Assembly: GCA_041859005.1 (NCBI GenBank)
Contig: JBHELA010000368.1
Coordinates: forward strand, 1-49,703
Reading direction: 5' to 3'
DNA: 49,703 bases
From: Ignavibacteria bacterium
GTDB lineage: Bacteria; Bacteroidota; Ignavibacteria; Tepidaquicellales; Tepidaquicellaceae
The translations under genes were made by a program, and so were the position numbers. Every line of letters starts with the position of its first letter. Within the stretch, counting starts at the first letter, position 1. The notes under the pieces were generated by a model, which worked only from the letters and a program-made list of their open reading frames with translations, did not search any database and was not told the origin of the DNA. Shown here piece by piece: positions 45,230-49,703 of the stretch.

Positions 45230-45976
45230 TCATTTCTTCTGATTCTTCATAATGTATTCAGTAATATCAGCAACATCCTGGTCGGTCAGCTTTTCATATG
45301 AATAGAAAGGCATGAACTTAGCGCCAAATCTAACATGATAAACTATGCTTTTAAGGTTGCCTTCAAAATCTTCATCAAAAAGTGAAGGTACCCTTTTTAC
45401 TGTTTTACCGCCGTGACAGAATCCGCAGGTTTCCTTAAACACCTTTTCACCGTTTTGTATATTTGGTGTAAGACCTTCAATTTTTGTCTGGTCTTCTTTA
45501 AGCTTTGATTTATCCGGCTTTGGAAGTGCTATTGTTGTGTACTTGCTTTCCTTTACTTCTCCTTTAAGCGATTCAAAATATGCGTTGAAAGAATTTATTT
45601 CTTCTTCTGTAATAGGTCTTCCCATTTTAAGAAAAGTTTCCCAGCAAAACGTAGCTCCTGCGCCCTTCTTTTTGACATCTTCACCGGTTATTGTGCCGGC
45701 GAAAACTGATTGTCTTTTGCTTGCCTGAATTACATCTGAAAAATACTTCGTGTTAGTCTGGTCAGTGTTTGTTCCATCGCTATGGCAATCAGCACATTTC
45801 AATCCTGTAAGATTAGATGATTCGTAGAATAATGCTTTACCTTTTGATGTTATATCATTCGTACCGGTAACAGATGTTTCTTGTTTCTTATTGACCGCAG
45901 TATTCTGATCCTCTTTCTTGCCGCAGGAATAAATAAATATGCTTGATATTAATGCAGCTAATAATATTTTTCTCAT
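45230..45976 (-). CDS. Dihaem c-type cytochrome lipoprotein
   Basis: Lipobox IYSC. Two CXXCH motifs (CADCH, CGFCH), each preceded by a G-K/E-x-x-F class-I cytochrome c signature. Confidence 0.75.
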   Translation of the reverse strand: MRKILLAALISSIFIYSCGKKEDQNTAVNKKQETSVTGTNDITSKGKALFYESSNLTGLKCADCHSDGTNTDQTNTKYFSDVIQASKRQSVFAGTITGEDVKKKGAGATFCWETFLKMGRPITEEEINSFNAYFESLKGEVKESKYTTIALPKPDKSKLKEDQTKIEGLTPNIQNGEKVFKETCGFCHGGKTVKRVPSLFDEDFEGNLKSIVYHVRFGAKFMPFYSYEKLTDQDVADITEYIMKNQKK

Positions 45977-46004
45977 CTTATATAATTTATTTATAATTTT
46001 TGAC

Positions 46005-46925
46005 TTATTTCTTTGTAGTTCCCGTACCTGTTATATTTGGGTAGAAGTTAACGCCTATGTAAAATGTTGCCCAGTTAATTGCCTTTTGCTGAGATTTTAT
46101 GTTATCTCTTACTGGTGTTCCCGGAGGATCATAAATAGTAGCTGAGTAAATTCCCTCTGCGTCGTTTATCGATGCGTTGGTTCTGCCCCATTCGATTCTC
46201 CCTGACCTGTCTGTATTCTGCAGAAGCAGATTTCCGAAATCATACTTTGCACCGACAAGTATTCCCCATTGAGGATTAACTTTAAATTCAACTCCTGCTC
46301 CAAGTGATACCCCCAACCTGAAATCATAGAACTCTATCTTTGTTGAATCACTCGGTCCGGTTGTCTTGCTTAGTTTAGCATTCATGAAGTTAAAATTAAA
46401 CTGTCCGTTCACGAATGGCGATATAAGCTTTGTAAATGAAAGCGGTGCAACTTCAATTCCAAGTCCCAGTCCGAAATTATTAAAACTGTAATCGTAGCTA
46501 ATAGGAGTTTGCTGAATATATGTCTGTGTGAAGACGGGTATATAACCTGACTTTGAACCCTCAAAAGTATTAAATGTACTTATGTTCAAAGAACCTATAA
46601 GACGGACAGTTTCATACTTATCAATGTTAATTTTAGCCATGCCCGAAAAAAACAATCCTGTTTTTGCTCCGTAATTTTGGCTTATTAGACTCTGATCTAC
46701 ACTCGCAATTTCCCACGGAAATGTAAACGTAGTGTCAACTCCCAGCGGCTGGCTCACGTACCTGTATTGATTGGAATAACTTATGTAGCTATTACCTCCT
46801 CTGAGACCCATGTCAGGATTTGTCAAACCTGCAGAGAATTGTAGAACAAGTTTATCAAACTGAGCAAAAGATGTTCCGGTAAAAAATGCAGTTAGTAAAA
46901 GTAGAAATAGTATTCTTGTTTTCAT
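46005..46925 (-). CDS. Outer-membrane beta-barrel protein, unknown function
   Basis: Signal peptide (...GTSFAQ). Alternating amphipathic strands rich in G/Y/F/N. The Met at 46925 is preferred (MKTRILF). Confidence 0.55.
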   Translation of the reverse strand: MKTRILFLLLLTAFFTGTSFAQFDKLVLQFSAGLTNPDMGLRGGNSYISYSNQYRYVSQPLGVDTTFTFPWEIASVDQSLISQNYGAKTGLFFSGMAKINIDKYETVRLIGSLNISTFNTFEGSKSGYIPVFTQTYIQQTPISYDYSFNNFGLGLGIEVAPLSFTKLISPFVNGQFNFNFMNAKLSKTTGPSDSTKIEFYDFRLGVSLGAGVEFKVNPQWGILVGAKYDFGNLLLQNTDRSGRIEWGRTNASINDAEGIYSATIYDPPGTPVRDNIKSQQKAINWATFYIGVNFYPNITGTGTTKK

Positions 46926-46936
46926 TGTAATTCCTT

Positions 46937-47665
46937 TCAGCAAATATTATTTAAATTTTCAAATATACTTATAATCGCCGCAGTCTCTGCTCTAAGCTTT
47001 CTTTCTCCAAGACTTCGGACCTTCCAGCTGTTATTTATTAGTTGTTGTATTTCGCTTTTCTCGAAACCTCCTTCGGGACCTGTAAAAATACAAATATTTT
47101 TATCATTATCCAATTTCGTAATTATGCCCTCTTTGTACTCAGCAAATTCATAATAGACGTATTTGTTTATATATTTTTTGGTACTGATTATCATATCGTT
47201 TAGTGTCATCGTATTGCGAATAGCTGGCAAAAAACACCTCTGCGACTGTCCCATAGCGCTTATCATAATCCTTTGCATTCTTTCCATTTTTGTCTTCGAA
47301 AATGCCGTTTGCTGTATGGTGTGCTTTGAAATAACAGGTTGTATTTCATAAACACCAAGTTCCACTGCTTTCTCCAAAAGGAATTCAAACCTGTTGCTGT
47401 TCCTTAAAGGTGAAACGAATAATCTTAATCTTACTTTCGGTTCGTTTAAGTTATACTTCGTTTCAATTATTTCACAAAGAACAGAATCCCTTAAAATATT
47501 TACTATTTTGCAGACATAAATGTTCCTGAGTCCGTCCGTAATATTGATAATATCATCCTGTTTCTTGCGTAAAACCTTTACTACGTGCCTGTATTCATAT
47601 CCCTCAATAGAAAGAAGTTTGCTTTCTATATTAACATTTTCCGGCTCTGTATAATAATACTCCAT
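46937..47665 (-). CDS. rsmE: 16S rRNA (uracil1498-N3)-methyltransferase RsmE
   Basis: N-terminal PUA-like region with RHVVKVLR and a C-terminal GPEGGF motif. Confidence 0.85.
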   Translation of the reverse strand: MEYYYTEPENVNIESKLLSIEGYEYRHVVKVLRKKQDDIINITDGLRNIYVCKIVNILRDSVLCEIIETKYNLNEPKVRLRLFVSPLRNSNRFEFLLEKAVELGVYEIQPVISKHTIQQTAFSKTKMERMQRIMISAMGQSQRCFLPAIRNTMTLNDMIISTKKYINKYVYYEFAEYKEGIITKLDNDKNICIFTGPEGGFEKSEIQQLINNSWKVRSLGERKLRAETAAIISIFENLNNIC

Positions 47666-47669
47666 ATTT

Positions 47670-49088
47670 TTAAAAAGATGCGTCTAATGCAACAATAATC
47701 TGTCCTTTGTAATCATTCTGATATGGTATCTTTCTGAATCCAAGGTCAATCCTTGCAACAAAGTCAAAGGGCAGTAGAAAATTCAATCCTGCACCGAATC
47801 CGTTCTTAAACTGTACATCGTATATTGATTCTTTTCTCGACCAGACACCACCGAGGTCGAAGAATAACGTTGCATAAGCACCGTACCTGTAGGAAAAACT
47901 CTTTGCTATCGGTAGTTTCCTTATAATAAAATGGTCTGAACCCTTTACGTAGAACGGTTTAACAAGCGGTATTCTTAATTCGAAAGATGTAAATAGTTTA
48001 TCATCGCCCTGAAGAACGTAGTTGTCCCAGCCTCTTATCAGGTTATCGTAACCCATAGATTCCTGTAAATAAACAGGAATTTCTCCGCCTCCAAATGTAA
48101 GAGCAGAGTTTATTCTGCCTGCAAGTATAAGAGCGTAATCTCCCGAAATCTTAATCGGTATGTACTTCCGCAGATCAATCTGAAATTTATTAACATCAAT
48201 GATACCCGTAAATAATCCGCTTCTTGAGAGCCGTGTAAAATAATAACTGCCGGAAGTAGCAAACTTGTTATAATCTCTTGTGTTATATATCAAATCAATT
48301 CCTGCTGTCGGGAAAAAATCCTTTCCGTCTTTTGAAACCGTTCTCCCTGGTTCATATTGCGATGTCCAAATTCTGTTTACTTGAATATCAGCTGATAGTG
48401 AAGAATTCTGACCTAAAAACTTGCCAACTCTCAAATCTGCTCTAAAATCATCCTGAGTATAAGTTGGTACATCGTTCTTATCGAATATAACTCCTACAGA
48501 ATCTGAAATACCTACGCTTCTGGGATAAGTCCTTGAATATCTGAGACCCGTCTTGAAATAATAATGGCTTTTTCCGAATACCCATGGATTAAGGTATGAA
48601 GCTGATATAAAAGGTTCGTACCCTACTCCAAAACTCAAATTAACGGTTTCATTCATACCCCTGAAGTTTTTCCAGTTGAAATTTATACCGCCCCATATCT
48701 TTTTTAGTGAGCCTTCTTTGAATCCTCCCTGAGGTATCGGCAGGAAATAGAAGCTTTCCTCAAATTCGTACACAAGATTAATCCTCGTAGTGCTTAAAGG
48801 TGCAGGTATTATGTCAACCCTGTTAAAAAGCCCCAGATTATACAACCTCTTTACATCATGATCAAGATATTCAAGATTAAACTTCCCGCCTTCCTGTAAT
48901 AACATTTCTCTCAGTATTACCTCGTCTTTCGTCTTCTCATTTCCTATTAGAATAATGCGCTCAATAACCATTTCCTGCATTATTTTGATATATGTTGAAT
49001 CGACTTTAAGAGTATCAGTTAATTCTTTAGAATATATATTAGTTACAACGATTAATATAAATAATAATATAGATATGTATTTTTTCAA
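47670..49088 (-). CDS. BamA/TamA-family (Omp85) outer-membrane protein, single POTRA
   Basis: Signal peptide. POTRA motif (I.L.GNEKTKDEVILREMLLQEG..F....L..D.KRLYNLGLFNRVDI). The C-terminal beta-barrel ends in an aromatic residue (DASF). Confidence 0.8.
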   Translation of the reverse strand: MKKYISILLFILIVVTNIYSKELTDTLKVDSTYIKIMQEMVIERIILIGNEKTKDEVILREMLLQEGGKFNLEYLDHDVKRLYNLGLFNRVDIIPAPLSTTRINLVYEFEESFYFLPIPQGGFKEGSLKKIWGGINFNWKNFRGMNETVNLSFGVGYEPFISASYLNPWVFGKSHYYFKTGLRYSRTYPRSVGISDSVGVIFDKNDVPTYTQDDFRADLRVGKFLGQNSSLSADIQVNRIWTSQYEPGRTVSKDGKDFFPTAGIDLIYNTRDYNKFATSGSYYFTRLSRSGLFTGIIDVNKFQIDLRKYIPIKISGDYALILAGRINSALTFGGGEIPVYLQESMGYDNLIRGWDNYVLQGDDKLFTSFELRIPLVKPFYVKGSDHFIIRKLPIAKSFSYRYGAYATLFFDLGGVWSRKESIYDVQFKNGFGAGLNFLLPFDFVARIDLGFRKIPYQNDYKGQIIVALDASF

Positions 49089-49089
49089 A

Positions 49090-49703
49090 TTATGGGCTTA
49101 ATCCACGCATTTCATTTATCCGTTTTTGCATCCCGATAGCAGTTTTATCATTAGGTAGTATTTCAAGTGCTTTCTTTATCAGGTTTTCAGCAGTCTCAAC
49201 CTTACCAAGATTCATAAGGAAACTCGCTCTGTTTAGGTACATCGAATAATAAGCATTCATTAAAAAAGTGTGGTAGTAGTCTGTCGCATTTGTTTTTGTA
49301 AAAGCGAACTCTGGTTCTTTATACGTTGAATCATACTCCATTTTCGGAGAATACCTGAACAGCAAACCTTCGGGTATTCTTGCATATTCTTTCATCATTC
49401 TTTCATTTTTGTCTTCCTCGATCTCTGATGTCGTGTAAAAAGCATAATCCGGATTCTTTGTTATAATGCTGTTCAGAAGGTTCATGAATGCAGTTTGAAT
49501 CAGCATTAGATTCTGTTTGTCGGCTTCATTCCTGGGTTTAGTATAATTTTCAGTGAACTTCTCAAATTTATACAGTTCTTTCGCGTATGCCTCAAATTCC
49601 TGATTGCATCTTGAATATAATTCGGGATAGTGGTCTTTTAAATGTTTTAAATACCACGATTTTCTCATTAACTCCTTGTCAATAACAACAACGTCCGGTC
49701 TGA
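49090..49703 (-). CDS. C-terminal part of a larger protein with a TPR-like tail (5' end outside the window)
   Basis: The reading frame stays open upstream of Met 49668 to the window edge (..RPDVVVIDKELMRK..). The C-terminal segment A..L..KALEILPND is TPR-like. Confidence 0.5.
   Translation of the reverse strand, partial: RPDVVVIDKELMRKSWYLKHLKDHYPELYSRCNQEFEAYAKELYKFEKFTENYTKPRNEADKQNLMLIQTAFMNLLNSIITKNPDYAFYTTSEIEEDKNERMMKEYARIPEGLLFRYSPKMEYDSTYKEPEFAFTKTNATDYYHTFLMNAYYSMYLNRASFLMNLGKVETAENLIKKALEILPNDKTAIGMQKRINEMRGLSP

Overview
This is a visibly AT-rich 49.7 kb chromosomal window. It probably comes from an FCB-superphylum bacterium (Ignavibacteria/Bacteroidota-like). Two observations support that inference: four proteins end in the type-A T9SS sorting domain (NYPNPFNP...GVYFY), and several genes are preceded by TAnnTTTG promoter-like boxes. 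The content is overwhelmingly core housekeeping:
- pstCAB
- a TonB / PstS-like / TPR cluster
- an M20 dipeptidase
- tmRNA
- rpmH-rnpA-yidD-yidC
- purM-lat-fur
- rsmI, dut, tatD and a purine nucleoside phosphorylase
- cspA
- scattered complex I genes (nuoI alone, nuoK-nuoL)
- a CNNM/CorC protein and mlaE
- tRNA-Val
- pyrC-fah-parA-valS
- htrA, recO, a PfkB kinase and lptF/G
- a dihaem cytochrome c
- rsmE and a BamA-family protein

I recognised no integrase, transposase, CRISPR array, reverse transcriptase, restriction enzyme, toxin-antitoxin or other defence hallmark.

The best candidate for something undescribed is non-coding. It is a ~170-nt module built around five perfectly phased 11-nt tandem repeats (ATMCCAT+4). 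It is present twice in inverted orientation (2111-2280 and 20350-20519). Each copy sits upstream of, and co-oriented with, a gene: an orphan 269-aa basic protein and purM. The orphan gene lies in a small islet flanked by REP-like CTCTGCG repeats. The other points are modest: a candidate Pho box upstream of pstC, fragmented nuo genes, an orphan ParA translationally coupled to valS, a Fur-family gene co-transcribed with lat, a 12-proline tract, and a protein that is little more than a T9SS sorting domain. All functional calls rest on motif recognition by eye. No database search was possible.
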